In this document: piece after piece, positions 1 to 9,381 of the stretch
Numbering within the stretch: the stretch's first letter is position 1
Layout of the letters: every line of letters starts with the position of its first letter
NCBI GenBank assembly: GCA_036407095.1
Contig: DASWZV010000173.1
Coordinates: forward strand, 33,531-97,530
Length of the DNA: 64,000 nucleotides
DNA from: Vicinamibacterales bacterium
Lineage (GTDB): Bacteria; Acidobacteriota; Vicinamibacteria; Vicinamibacterales; UBA2999
Reading direction: 5' to 3'
Position numbers and translations under genes: made by a program
The notes under the pieces: generated by a model
What the model was told of the DNA's origin: nothing
The model's database searches: none
What the model saw: only the letters and a program-made list of their open reading frames with translations

Positions 1-113
1 ACTACCGGTTCATCGCCGTGCAGGGCAAGGACGATGCCCCGGCGTTCTGGGGATCGGACACGCGCTACGGCCATCGCGTGTACGGCGGCGTCATTCTCAA
101 CGTTGTGCGCTGA
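1..113 (+). CDS. Outer-membrane beta-barrel protein, 3' end only (cut by window edge)
   Basis: Frame 3 reads YRFIAVQGKDDAPAFWGSDTRYGHRVYGGVILNVVR*, clearly paralogous to the C-terminus of 27897-28517 (DYRLMVVNDNANAPGFFGREEVRYGHRIYGGLLFTY). Confidence 0.75.
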   Translation, partial: YRFIAVQGKDDAPAFWGSDTRYGHRVYGGVILNVVR

Positions 114-192
114 ACGAATAGGCGCACCGCGCCGGTCTGCGAATTTCATACTCGCGTTCATTCATCGCAGGCCGGCGCGGATCCGATCGAAA

Positions 193-387
193 GCTCACTT
201 GGGTCCCTCTCTGAGTTCGGTGGCTCGCGGGTCCTGTCGCCGGGTCTCCCCACCCGTCCTCGGCGCCAAGAGATCTGTCACCCGTGTCAGAAACCGGATC
301 ACGGAGAAGGCGCCTGCGCGGCGGGTGGGGACGCCCCTCCCGTCGCCACCCGCTCGAGGGACAACCCGCTTCTCGACCCAAGTGAGC
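193..387 (+). repeat. Repeat family A, copy 1 (~195 bp, terminal inverted repeats)
   Basis: GCTCACTTGGGTC (193-205) pairs perfectly with GACCCAAGTGAGC (375-387). The core GGGTCCTGTCGCCGGGTCTCCCC...GGCGCCTGCGCGGCG recurs at 9037-9182 and inverted at 15967-16160. Confidence 0.9.
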
Positions 388-399
388 GTCAGTAGCGTG

Positions 400-618
400 A
401 TGGCGAGACAGATGATCATGCCGACATTTTTCTTTCGCAAACTGGTCCAGCGGATTCGAGACGAGTTCGAGTACTTCCCGGATCTCCGCTTGACGGCGAG
501 CGAGGCCGCCAGGTTCTGGGGCCTCGATCTCGCGACCTCCGAGCGCGTGCTGAGCGAGCTCCTGCTGTCTGGTTTCCTCACACGCAGCGCCGACAACCGA
601 TATCGACACGTCGCCTGA
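400..618 (+). CDS. Small winged-helix-like protein
   Basis: C-terminal part of ORF 34..618: LVQRIRDEFEYFPDLRLTASEAARFWGLD...VLSELLLSGFL has an HTH-like pattern. ATG options at 400, 412 and 418. The upstream ORF part is repeat A. Confidence 0.7.
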   Translation: MARQMIMPTFFFRKLVQRIRDEFEYFPDLRLTASEAARFWGLDLATSERVLSELLLSGFLTRSADNRYRHVA

Positions 619-622
619 GCGC

Positions 623-901
623 ACCGCGAGTTCATGTGTGTTGGACTGCAGGCGCGTGAGCAAGGCCGACGCAGCGCGACTGATTGAGACGGGGAGCAGG
701 AACGAGTTCGGCGCGATTCATCGCATCGACTTCCGCGCATCGCGTTCGAGTTGCTACGAGGCGGCTCGGACGTTTTGTGCCGCGCAACAGATCGGCAGCG
801 TGTCAGACCATAGTCGATGCGGGAGCGATCGGGTAGGAGCGACGGACGCGTTCCCGGCCGCAGCGTCCGCGCCTGCTGGCCAACACACATGAACTCACGG
901 T
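623..901 (+). mobile_element. Repeat family B, copy 1 (MITE-like, 279 bp)
   Basis: ACCGCGAGTTCATGTGTGTTGG pairs with CCAACACACATGAACTCACGGT (21/22). Full-length copies at 3226-3503 and inverted at 15610-15885. Confidence 0.85.
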
Positions 902-983
902 CCACGCGACGGGTCGGGGTTCACGTCTCGAGGTATCTCGCTTGCCAGGATCGCCGTCGCGTGTGTGGGTGTTAGCATTTCGC

Positions 984-3057
984 ATGCGACTGACGAGCGT
1001 GTTCCTGGTCCTGGCGACCATCGGGATCTGCGCGCAGGATGGGCGGCGCAGCGGCGTCGAGCTCACCGCGATGGATCGCACGTGCAAGCCATGCGAGGAC
1101 TTCTGGCGGTATGTGAACGGCGGCTGGTTGGACAGCCATCCGATTCCTACCGCTCGCTCGTCGTGGGGACCGAGCAACGTGCTCAGGTTGCGGACGCGCG
1201 AACGGCTGCGCGGGCTTCTCGAGGCAGCCGCGAAGAACACCACGCTTCCCGCCGATTCGAACGCGCGAAAGATGGGCGACCTGTACGCCAGCTGCATGGA
1301 TACGGCGGCCATCGATGCGCGCGGGTTGAAACCGATCGAGCCCGACCTGGCGCGTATCGCGGCGATCGCCTCGCGCGCCGATCTGGTGTCGGCGCTCATC
1401 GGCTTTCAGAAGATCGGCCGTCCGTTCGGTGAAACCAACGGCACCGTCATCGGCCTGTTTCGCGTGACGTCCGGGTCCGACGCCAAGGACCCCGAACGGG
1501 TGACGGCGAGGATCGTCGAGCGCGATGCGGCAGGACGCACCGGCACGTCGATTCTGTCGTTGCCCGATCGCGACTACTACGTGAAGGACGACGCCAGCTC
1601 ACGCGCGACTCGCGATGCGTTCATCGCGCACGTCGCTCGTCTGCTCGAACTGGCGGGGTCGTCGCACGCGGATGCCGACCGCGATGCGCGGACGGTGCTG
1701 ACCTTTGAAACCGCAGTCGCGCGTTCGGTGCTGACGATTGCGCAGAAGCGCGACCCCGACAGCGTCTATCATCCGATGCCGCTCGCTGAACTGCGGGCGC
1801 TTGCGCCCGCCTTCGATTGGGGGCAGCTGCTGAAGGAGCTGGGTATTCCGGAGTCGGCGATCGTCAACGTCGCGGAACCGGAGTTGTTGAAGCGCGCGAA
1901 CGAACAGCTCGAGACGGTGCCGATCGAGGTGTGGAAGTCGTGGCTGCGATGGCGCGTGCTGAAGCTCGCCGCGCCCTACCTCGCACGCTCCTTCGCCGAC
2001 GAAGACTTCCGCTTTCAAGAAGGAGTACTCAATGGTGTCAACGAGGCGGTGCCTCGTTGGGAAACCTGCGTCAACATCGTCGATCGAGATCTGACCGATG
2101 CGCTTGGCCAGGCGTACGTCGAGAAGTTCTTCCCGGCCTCGGCCAAAGCACGAATGACGACGCTGGTCGAGAACCTGCGCGAGGCCTTGCGCGAAGAGCT
2201 GACGTCATCGTCGTGGATGCAGCCGGCGACCAGGCAGCATGCCCTCGATAAATTGAACGCGCTGCGCGTCGAGATCGGCTACCCGTCGAAGTGGCTTGGT
2301 TACCCGGATGTGCCGATCGCGCGAACGCTCTACTTCGAGAACGTTCGAGCGGCGTGGACTGCAGGGCAGCGACGTGAGATGGAGCGCGTCGGCAAACCAC
2401 TCGATCGCACGAGATGGGGAATGAGCCCGCCGACGGTGAACGCCTACTCGAGTGCGAATCTCACGACCGTCGTGTTTCCGGCCGGGATCCTGCAGCCGCC
2501 GTTCTTCGATCCCGACGTCGATGATGCCGCCAACTACGGCGCGATCGGCGCGGTGATCGGTCACGAGATCGGCCATCAATTCGACGATGGCGGATCGAAC
2601 TACGACGCGAAGGGCCAGTTGAACAACTGGTGGACCGAGCAGGATCGGCAGACGTTCGAGCATCGCACGTCATGCGTGGTCGATCAGTTCGACACGCTCG
2701 ACGCCGGCGGAGGACTGCATCACAACGGCAAGCAGGTGCTCGGCGAGGCGCTCGGACCTGGGCGGTCTGAAGATCGCGTACAAGGCGTATCGCCGAACGC
2801 TGCGCGGGAAGCCCGAACCGCGCCCGATCGATGGATTCACTGCTGATCAGCGCTTCTTCATCGCGTTCGCGCGCATCTGGGGCACGGAGATGCGTGAGGA
2901 AGCCAGGCGCCTGCAGATCAACACCAACAATCATCCGATCGCGCGCTTCCGCGCCATCGGCACGCTGCAGAACATGCCGGAGTTCCATCGCGCGTTCGGA
3001 TGCAAGGACGGCGACGCGATGGTGCGACCGGTTGGTCAGCAGTGCAGCCTGTGGTGA
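984..3057 (+). pseudogene. M13 (neprilysin/PepO) metallopeptidase with a frameshift at ~2754
   Basis: Signal peptide, PCEDFWRYVNGGW, VNAY, FPAGILQPPFF, HEIGH. After GEAL the reading continues in another frame as DLGGLKIAYKAY...QRFFIAFARIW...HPIARFRAIGTLQNMPEF...CSLW* (3057). Confidence 0.85.
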
Positions 3058-3149
3058 CCGAGCAGTAGTCGAAGAACTCCCACCTGTCGCGATGCGCGTC
3101 CCTTGCACAGCGGGTAGCCCACGCCGCCTGCATCAGTCGTGTGTGGAGC

Positions 3150-3209
3150 GGCGGCATTCCACACACAATCGACTCAGCGACTGCCTCTGCCGGGCCCGTC
3201 ACATGAACT
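3150..3209 (+). repeat. Repeat family C, partial copy
   Basis: GCATTCCACACACAATCGACTCAGCGACTG...CACATGAACT matches 6816-6869. Confidence 0.65.
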
Positions 3210-3225
3210 ACATCCGTCGCAACAT

Positions 3226-3503
3226 CCGTGAGTTCATGTGTGTCGGCTGGCAGCCGCGTGAGCAAGGCCGACACAAGCGCGACTCTGTGAGGCAGGGAGC
3301 CGGAACACGTTCGTCGCGATTCATCGCATCGACTTCCGCGCATCGCGTTCGAGTTGCTGCGAGGCAGCTCGGACGTTTTGTGCCGCGCAACAGATCGGCA
3401 TCGAGGCAGACCATAGTCGATGCAGGAGCGGCAGGGTAGAAGCGACGGACGCGTTCCCGGCCGCAGCGTCCGCGGCAGCCGGCCAACAGACATGAACTCA
3501 CGG
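3226..3503 (+). mobile_element. Repeat family B, copy 2
   Basis: Colinear with 623-901. Ends CCGTGAGTTCATGTG and CATGAACTCACGG. Confidence 0.85.
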
Positions 3504-3660
3504 TCTACGCGACGGGTTGGGATTCATGTCGAGACGTATCTCGCTTGAAAGGATCGCCCTCTGTACTTCGAGAACGTTCGAGCGGCACCGTTCAACACGC
3601 ATGAACTCTTGCTGCGCGACGAGTCGAGTTTCTGTGTCTTGGCGGAGCGTCACGTGGTGG

Positions 3661-3686
3661 CTGGGCCGCCTGAAGGCGGCCCCTAC
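3661..3686 (-). repeat. GTAG-type REP hairpin
   Basis: TGGGCCGCCTGAAGGCGGCCCCTAC, identical at 46485-46509. Confidence 0.8.
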
Positions 3687-3706
3687 GCATGCGCACACAT
3701 CGGGTT

Positions 3707-3733
3707 TGTCACATCGGGATATGCTCGCTCGTC
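3707..3733 (+). promoter_or_regulatory. ECF41-type promoter
   Basis: TGTCACA-N16-CGTC, an exact match to the published ECF41 consensus, ending 9 nt before the ATG at 3743. Confidence 0.7.
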
Positions 3734-3742
3734 TCACTTGAT

Positions 3743-4168
3743 ATGGAACGCGATACACAGCGTAAGGTCCTCGTGGCCGTCGTACTCCTCCATCTCATCG
3801 TCAGCATCGCGCACGGTTCAGCCCATGCCAGGGCCGGCGTCGATCTGAGCGGCCCGTCGCTTGCCTTCGTGCTGCTGGTCGTTTTCGCGGGGCCGTTGAT
3901 CGGGCTCGCGTGGATGTGGAAGAACCCCATCGCTGGCGCGCGCGTCATTGGCATCACGATGGCCGCGTCACTGGTATTCGGCCTGGTCAATCACTTCATC
4001 ATTCCTGGTGGCGACCGTGTCGACCATGTGGTCGCGCACTCGAGGGCATTGTTCGGGTGGACGGCCGCGATGCTCGTCATCACGGAAGCAGCGGGAACGG
4101 TGCTCGGGCTGGAATACGGTTGGCCAGGCCGCATCCGCCCGCGACGTGAGCTGCGAAGAGTTTCGTAG
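3743..4168 (+). CDS. Four-TM His-containing membrane protein
   Basis: Four hydrophobic segments. Histidines in HLIVSIAHGSAH and NHFIIPGGDRVDH. Confidence 0.75.
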   Translation: MERDTQRKVLVAVVLLHLIVSIAHGSAHARAGVDLSGPSLAFVLLVVFAGPLIGLAWMWKNPIAGARVIGITMAASLVFGLVNHFIIPGGDRVDHVVAHSRALFGWTAAMLVITEAAGTVLGLEYGWPGRIRPRRELRRVS

Positions 4169-4182
4169 AGAGCAGGCCTGAC

Positions 4183-4209
4183 TGGCCGGTCCGAAAGGAC
4201 CGGCCCTAC
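4183..4209 (-). repeat. GTAG-type REP supplying a stop codon
   Basis: GGCCGGTCCGAAAGGACCGGCCCTAC. Its GTAG provides the TAG of the gene at 4206-5972. Confidence 0.7.
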
Positions 4210-5972
4210 GTACTCGTGCCGGTGATCGCATCGGTCGCGGCTGCGCTCGCGAGGCGGTCGAGCAGTTGTGCAAACAGCGGATCGCCGCGGAAGCCGTCCC
4301 ACTTCGGGTCGACGGGCAAGTAGATCAGATGAACGTCGCGCTCGGCGAACGCCTGGTCGAGCCAATGGTAGGCGGACGCGCGATCGTCGAGCCCGGCGTG
4401 GATCAACGCGAACGCGTAGGGCGATACGTATCTTTCCTCGGCGCGCCTCTCCAGCGCAGCCAGGATCTCGAGCGCGTCGCCGCGACGACCGAGTGTGGCC
4501 AATGCGTAGCCGCGCGTGGAGATCGGCTTGGTGTTTCCGCGCGACAGCCGAGTCGCTTCTTCCAGGGCTTCGAGCGCCTGTGCGCTTCGCCCAAGCTGCA
4601 ATAACGACTGAGCGAGCTGAAGGTGCGCGATCCAGAAGTCGGGCTCGACGCCAAGCGCCTCGCGGGCGTGACTCACGCCGCCCTCGAAATCGCGCGCCTG
4701 AAACGCGAGCTGCGACGACATCGCATGGGTCATCGCGTTGAACGGATCGAGCTCGCGCGAGCGTGGCGTCAGCGCGAGCGCGTCCTGGTGCCGCCCCTGC
4801 TGCGACAGCGTGTGCGCCAGCATCCAGTAACCCTGCCCGTAGCTGGGATCGAGCGCAACGGCACGTCGACAATTGCCCTCCGCCGCCGGCCAATCCCAGT
4901 CGAACACAAATTGCACGAACGCGGCGGACGTGCACGCTTCGGGAACCACATCACTGGTGCGCAGCGCGCGATACGCCGCGCGTCGCGCCTGCCCGGCAAC
5001 ATCGCCGGGACGTGCGTCGCTGTTGAACGGCCGCGATGAAATCGCGTCGGCGATCCCGGCCCACACCAGCGCGTAGTCGGGATCCAGCGTCGTCGCCCGC
5101 TCGTAGCATTCGAGGGCACGCGACACGGTCGCCGGCGTCATCTGGTTCCAGTAATACCGCCCTCGCAGATACGCATCGTACGCGTCGGGATTCTGCGTCT
5201 GACGACGGGCGATCGTGGTCGTGCGCTCGGGCGAGAGCCGCAGCTGGATCTGACGGGCGATGTCGCGACCGAGCTCCGCCTGGAGGCCGAGCAGATTCTT
5301 CGACTTGCGATCGTAAGTGTCGGTCCACACCTGCACCTGATCGCGCACGCGGATGAGCGTCGCGGTCACGCGGTGCTGTCCATCGCTGCCACGGATCGAG
5401 CCCTCGAGCAGATAGTCGGCGCCGAGTTCGCGACCGATCTCGGCGATCGACTTCGTCGTCGCGCGATAGATCATGCTGGACGTCCGCCCGATGACTCGCA
5501 GGCGTTCGGGATCGAGACGACCGAGGCTGGCGATAGTTTCCTCCGTGAGACCGTCGGCGATGTAATCGTCCTCCGAGCTCGCGCGCAGGTTGCGAAACGG
5601 CAGCACGCAGAGGACGGCCCCGGCCACCGGTTGTTCGACCGCCGCGATGAACTTGTATCCCTTGCCCGGCACGGTCTGGATGAACTGCGAGTCGCCGGCG
5701 GAATCACGGAGCGCGCGTCGAATCTTCCGCACGACGGTGTTGACGCTGGTGTCGACGTCGATGAAGACGTCGCGTCCCCAGAGCCGATTCACGATCTCGT
5801 CCCGGGTGATCAGCTCACCGCGCCGTTCGACGAGCCAGATGAGCAGCTCCATCGGCCGCCGCTCCAGACGGACGGAGCGGTCCTTCCACCGCAGTTCGTA
5901 CCCGGCCACATCCAGCAGGAACTCGCCGATTCGATAGACCCGACGATGACCGTCCATGTCGACTCCCGACAT
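4206..5972 (-). CDS. CadC/OmpR-type winged-helix + TolB-like + TPR regulator
   Basis: LIWLVERRGELITRDEIVNRLWG...IQTVPGKGYKF, VLPFRNL...ADGLTEETI, multiple TPRs. Alternative start at 5957. Confidence 0.9.
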   Translation of the reverse strand: MSGVDMDGHRRVYRIGEFLLDVAGYELRWKDRSVRLERRPMELLIWLVERRGELITRDEIVNRLWGRDVFIDVDTSVNTVVRKIRRALRDSAGDSQFIQTVPGKGYKFIAAVEQPVAGAVLCVLPFRNLRASSEDDYIADGLTEETIASLGRLDPERLRVIGRTSSMIYRATTKSIAEIGRELGADYLLEGSIRGSDGQHRVTATLIRVRDQVQVWTDTYDRKSKNLLGLQAELGRDIARQIQLRLSPERTTTIARRQTQNPDAYDAYLRGRYYWNQMTPATVSRALECYERATTLDPDYALVWAGIADAISSRPFNSDARPGDVAGQARRAAYRALRTSDVVPEACTSAAFVQFVFDWDWPAAEGNCRRAVALDPSYGQGYWMLAHTLSQQGRHQDALALTPRSRELDPFNAMTHAMSSQLAFQARDFEGGVSHAREALGVEPDFWIAHLQLAQSLLQLGRSAQALEALEEATRLSRGNTKPISTRGYALATLGRRGDALEILAALERRAEERYVSPYAFALIHAGLDDRASAYHWLDQAFAERDVHLIYLPVDPKWDGFRGDPLFAQLLDRLASAAATDAITGTST

Positions 5973-5998
5973 CCTAGCGCGCTCAACGACTTGCGGGG

Positions 5999-6031
5999 TC
6001 AGCAGATCTTCAGATCATCTTCAGACCCGCT
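5999..6031. promoter_or_regulatory. 11-bp-period direct repeats, putative wHTH operator
   Basis: TCAGCAGATCT TCAGATCATCT TCAGACCCGCT between the divergent regulator and the barrel gene. Confidence 0.5.
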
Positions 6032-6093
6032 CCATCGCTCGCGCTCCGGCGCCCCGCGACAATCGCCGTATGACACACGGCAACAACCACACG

Positions 6094-6705
6094 ATGAAGC
6101 GTCATCCCTCATGCGTTGTGCTGCTCATGTGCGCTGTCGGCCTGCTCACACCGTCGGCGGTGGCGGCACAGGAGCATGAGACGCCGACCACGAGCGGGTT
6201 CGCGGTGGGCGGACATGTCACCGTGGCGACCGCAGGCGCGGCCACAACCACGGTGAACGGCCAGTCGATCACTCCTGCTCGCGTGAGCGGGTTGGGCGGC
6301 GGCCTCGTCGTCAGCTATGGGCTCACCGACCGGCTGACGGTGTATCTGAACGGCGACGGGCGAGAGAGCGCGAGCGATCTCCATCTCAGCCACGCCGATC
6401 TCGGCCTCCAGTACTTCTTCTCGAGCGGACGACGACTGCGCCCGCACGTCGACCTGGCGTTCGCGGGTCTGCGGGCGGAATTCGCATCGGAGCCCGAGAC
6501 GCTCGATGCGCGCGGCAGCGCGTGGTCGTTTGGAGGAGGAGCGCTCTACTTCCTGCATCCGCGGCTCGCGCTCGACGCGACGGTTCTCCAAACCGCGGGC
6601 GGACTCGATCAGTTCAAGAACGGCGATCGCGTCAGTGGAGCCGGCGAGGTCGACGTGAACTCGACCCGGTTCAACATCGGCGTTCGCTGGTACCCGGGCA
6701 AGTGA
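6094..6705 (+). CDS. Outer-membrane beta-barrel protein
   Basis: Signal peptide ending AVAAQ, amphipathic strands, C-terminal FNIGVRWY. Confidence 0.8.
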   Translation: MKRHPSCVVLLMCAVGLLTPSAVAAQEHETPTTSGFAVGGHVTVATAGAATTTVNGQSITPARVSGLGGGLVVSYGLTDRLTVYLNGDGRESASDLHLSHADLGLQYFFSSGRRLRPHVDLAFAGLRAEFASEPETLDARGSAWSFGGGALYFLHPRLALDATVLQTAGGLDQFKNGDRVSGAGEVDVNSTRFNIGVRWYPGK

Positions 6706-6747
6706 CGATGACTCATGACGCGCTTGCTACCGGCTTACAGTCTGCGC

Positions 6748-6875
6748 TCGCTGTGAGGGCTCCCTTCGGCGCGTTTCTAGTGCCTTCGCCGATCGCGTCG
6801 CCTTTAGGGGTTACCGCCATTCCACACGCAACCGACACAGCGACTGTCTCTGATCGGTTCACATGAACTCACGGT
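6748..6875 (+). repeat. Repeat family C, ending in the family-B terminus
   Basis: GGGCTCCCTTCGGCGCGTTT...GCCTTTAGGG recurs inverted at 9221-9306. Ends CACATGAACTCACGGT like family B. Confidence 0.8.
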
Positions 6876-6907
6876 TGTCACGGACTGAACAGTACTAGGA
6901 ACAAGCC

Positions 6908-7924
6908 ATGATCAGATCGCGCACGGTTCGAACATTGACCTGGGTGGCAATGGGACTCGCATCAGTCGCGGTGGCCGTCGCGATCTATGTCGCCAGAACG
7001 TGGAATCGCACATGGGACGCGCCGCTGCCCGATGTGCAGGCGTCCACCGATCCCGAAATCATCAAGCGGGGCGAGTATCTGGTGTTCGGTCCCGCGCACT
7101 GCGTCGAGTGTCACACCGCCTCGTCGGAGGCGTTCGAGCAGTATGTCGAGACCAAGGTGCGTCCCGCACTCGTGGGCGGCATGCCGTTCTCGGCGCAGCC
7201 GCTCGGCACCGTGTACTCGAAGAACTTGACGCCCGACGACGACACCGGCATCGGTCGATACTCCGACGGCCGGGTGGCGCGCGTGCTTCGCTATTCGGTG
7301 CTGCCCGACGGTCGCGCATCGGTGCGACCGCTCATGCAGTACGCAGAGATGAGCGACCAGGATCTGACGGCGATCGTGTCGTTTCTGCGAGCCCAGCCGC
7401 CGATCCGGCACGAGGTTCCCGACAATCGCTGGTCCCTCATCGGGAAGATCGTGAAGAGCCTGTCGCCTGCGTTCAAGCCTCGTGTGAACGTGCACGCGCC
7501 TGCCGTCGCTCCGCCCGCGGCCCCGACACGGGCGCGCGGCGAGTATCTGGCTCGCTCAGTGGGCAACTGCGGCGGCTGCCACTCGCCGCTCAATCAGATG
7601 ACATTGCGATCGAGCGGACCCGAGTTTTCGGGAGGTGCCCCTATCGAACCGCGTCAGCTGCCCGGGGTCGATCGCACGCGCTGGTTTCAGCCGCCCAACC
7701 TGACCCCGCGTGACGGCAGTGCCACGACGCGCTTTCCCGACCGTGAGACGTTCGTGGCCCGCTTCCAGAGAGGCGGACGCAAATACCCGGAATCCCCAAT
7801 GCCATGGGATTGCTTCGGGAGGATGACGGCCGAGGATCTCGGCGCGCTCTATGAATTCTTCATGTCGCTGCCGTCCACTGGGCCTGAGTCTCCATCCGAT
7901 CCGACGGTCGAGCATTCCGGATGA
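6908..7924 (+). CDS. Membrane-anchored diheme cytochrome c
   Basis: N-terminal TM, RGEYLV...CVECH, RGEYLA...CGGCH, NLTP motifs, MPW. Confidence 0.9.
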   Translation: MIRSRTVRTLTWVAMGLASVAVAVAIYVARTWNRTWDAPLPDVQASTDPEIIKRGEYLVFGPAHCVECHTASSEAFEQYVETKVRPALVGGMPFSAQPLGTVYSKNLTPDDDTGIGRYSDGRVARVLRYSVLPDGRASVRPLMQYAEMSDQDLTAIVSFLRAQPPIRHEVPDNRWSLIGKIVKSLSPAFKPRVNVHAPAVAPPAAPTRARGEYLARSVGNCGGCHSPLNQMTLRSSGPEFSGGAPIEPRQLPGVDRTRWFQPPNLTPRDGSATTRFPDRETFVARFQRGGRKYPESPMPWDCFGRMTAEDLGALYEFFMSLPSTGPESPSDPTVEHSG

Positions 7925-7959
7925 GAAAGCCGGGGGTCTTCTGCCGGCTGAGGCTCGAG

Positions 7960-7986
7960 TGTCACGTTCCGGCAGCGCCAGTCGTC
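7960..7986 (+). promoter_or_regulatory. ECF41-type promoter
   Basis: TGTCACG-N16-CGTC (one mismatch to consensus), upstream of the epimerase-sigJ pair. Confidence 0.7.
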
Positions 7987-8058
7987 TCACAGTACAGAGG
8001 GTCAGGGTCTCGCTGAGCACATCTTTTTGAGACGCTCAGCGCCTCACGGAGTGCACTT

Positions 8059-8973
8059 ATGAATGTCTTCGTAGCTGGAGGCACGGGCGCGATCGGCGCA
8101 CCATTGGTTCGCGCACTCGTCACGGGCGGGCATCGCGTCGTCGCCACCACACGCTCTTCCGACAAACAGGCAATGATTCGCGGGCTCGGCGCCACGCCCG
8201 TCGTCGTCGATGCGCTCGATGCCGGGGCGCTCGAAAGAGCGGTGCGTGAGGCGGCGCCGACGCACGTCATTCACGAGCTGACGGCGCTGCCGAAGACAGG
8301 GCCGCGCAAAGCGAGCGATCTCGAGCCGACCAACCGCTTGCGGGAAGAGGGGATGCGCAACCTGATGAAGGCGGCAATCGCTGTGCGGGCGAAGCGGATC
8401 ATCGCCGGGTCGTTTGCGATGATGGGCGGGGCCTCGTCGATGGAGGGCGCCGACCCGAGCCTCGATCGAGCGGTCGCTGCTGTGCGCTCGATGGAGTCGC
8501 AGGTCCTCGATGCCGCGCGCAGCGGGGCGATCGAAGGCATCGTCCTGCGCTATGGATTGTTCTATGGACCCGGCAATCCGGCGACCGAAGAGATGATCGC
8601 GCTCGTTCGCAAGCGATGGCTTCCACGCATCCGCGACGATCAGGGCGAGCTCCCGTATATTCACATCGACGACGCGGTTGCAGCGACGGTCCTGGCGCTG
8701 GACCATGGCGTATCCGGCGGCTCGTACGACATCGTCGACGATCACCCCTCGAGTTTCAGCGAGATGGTGACGGGCCTGGCCGATGCCGCCGGTGCGCGCG
8801 CGCCGTTGACGGTGCCGCCATGGCTCGTCCGGCTCGCGGCTCCATACATGGCGAAGGTGCTCTCGATGCGAGTGCCGTTGTCGAACGCGAAGGCACGGCA
8901 GGAGCTCGGATGGGCGCCGATGTATCCGACGTATCGTGAAGGATTGCGGCAGACGATCGCTCAAGCCGCGTAG
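8059..8973 (+). CDS. NAD-dependent epimerase/dehydratase (SDR)
   Basis: VFVAGGTGAIG Rossmann motif, LRYGLFYGPG, IHIDDAV. Confidence 0.9.
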   Translation: MNVFVAGGTGAIGAPLVRALVTGGHRVVATTRSSDKQAMIRGLGATPVVVDALDAGALERAVREAAPTHVIHELTALPKTGPRKASDLEPTNRLREEGMRNLMKAAIAVRAKRIIAGSFAMMGGASSMEGADPSLDRAVAAVRSMESQVLDAARSGAIEGIVLRYGLFYGPGNPATEEMIALVRKRWLPRIRDDQGELPYIHIDDAVAATVLALDHGVSGGSYDIVDDHPSSFSEMVTGLADAAGARAPLTVPPWLVRLAAPYMAKVLSMRVPLSNAKARQELGWAPMYPTYREGLRQTIAQAA

Positions 8974-9036
8974 TGCAGGCCGCAGTCGTGGTCAGCATGA
9001 TTGGTGACTCAGGGACGACGCGATCATCGAAGCAGT

Positions 9037-9182
9037 GGGGCTCACGGGTCCTGTCGCCGGGTCTCCCCGCTCGTCCTCGGCGCCAAGTGATCTGTCACGG
9101 TGACGAAAGCAGGATCACGGAGCAGGCGCCTGCGCGGCGAGCGGGGATGCCCCTCCCGGCGCCACCCGTTCGCAGATGCAAC
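9037..9182 (+). repeat. Repeat family A, copy 2 (ends degenerate)
   Basis: Colinear with 221-365. Confidence 0.85.
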
Positions 9183-9199
9183 GAGCTCCCGTACGCGTC

Positions 9200-9306
9200 G
9201 TTTCATGTTGGTCGGAGCTCAGTTGGGTGTGGGACGGCGGTAAGCCCTAAAGGCGGCGCGATCAGCGAAGAAAGTAAAAACGCGCCGAAGGGAGCCCACA
9301 CGGCGA
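9200..9306 (-). repeat. Repeat family C, inverted copy
   Basis: Reverse complement matches 6748-6833. Degenerate terminus TTTCATGTTGG. Confidence 0.75.
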
Positions 9307-9381
9307 TGTCCTCGCAATTTACGGGCGTTCCACACCCAACTAAGTTCCGACGCGAGAACGTCGAGAAGCGAGTAGCTGAAG

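Noticed and set aside
195-905. Apparently paralogous ORFs (195-905, 2831-3493, 8973-9896, 15581-16371)
   Set aside because: The similarity comes from translating repeat families A and B; frames are not conserved and there are no transposase motifs.
6876-6902. Third ECF41 promoter (TGTCACG) before the cytochrome gene
   Set aside because: No CGTC at the 16-nt spacing.
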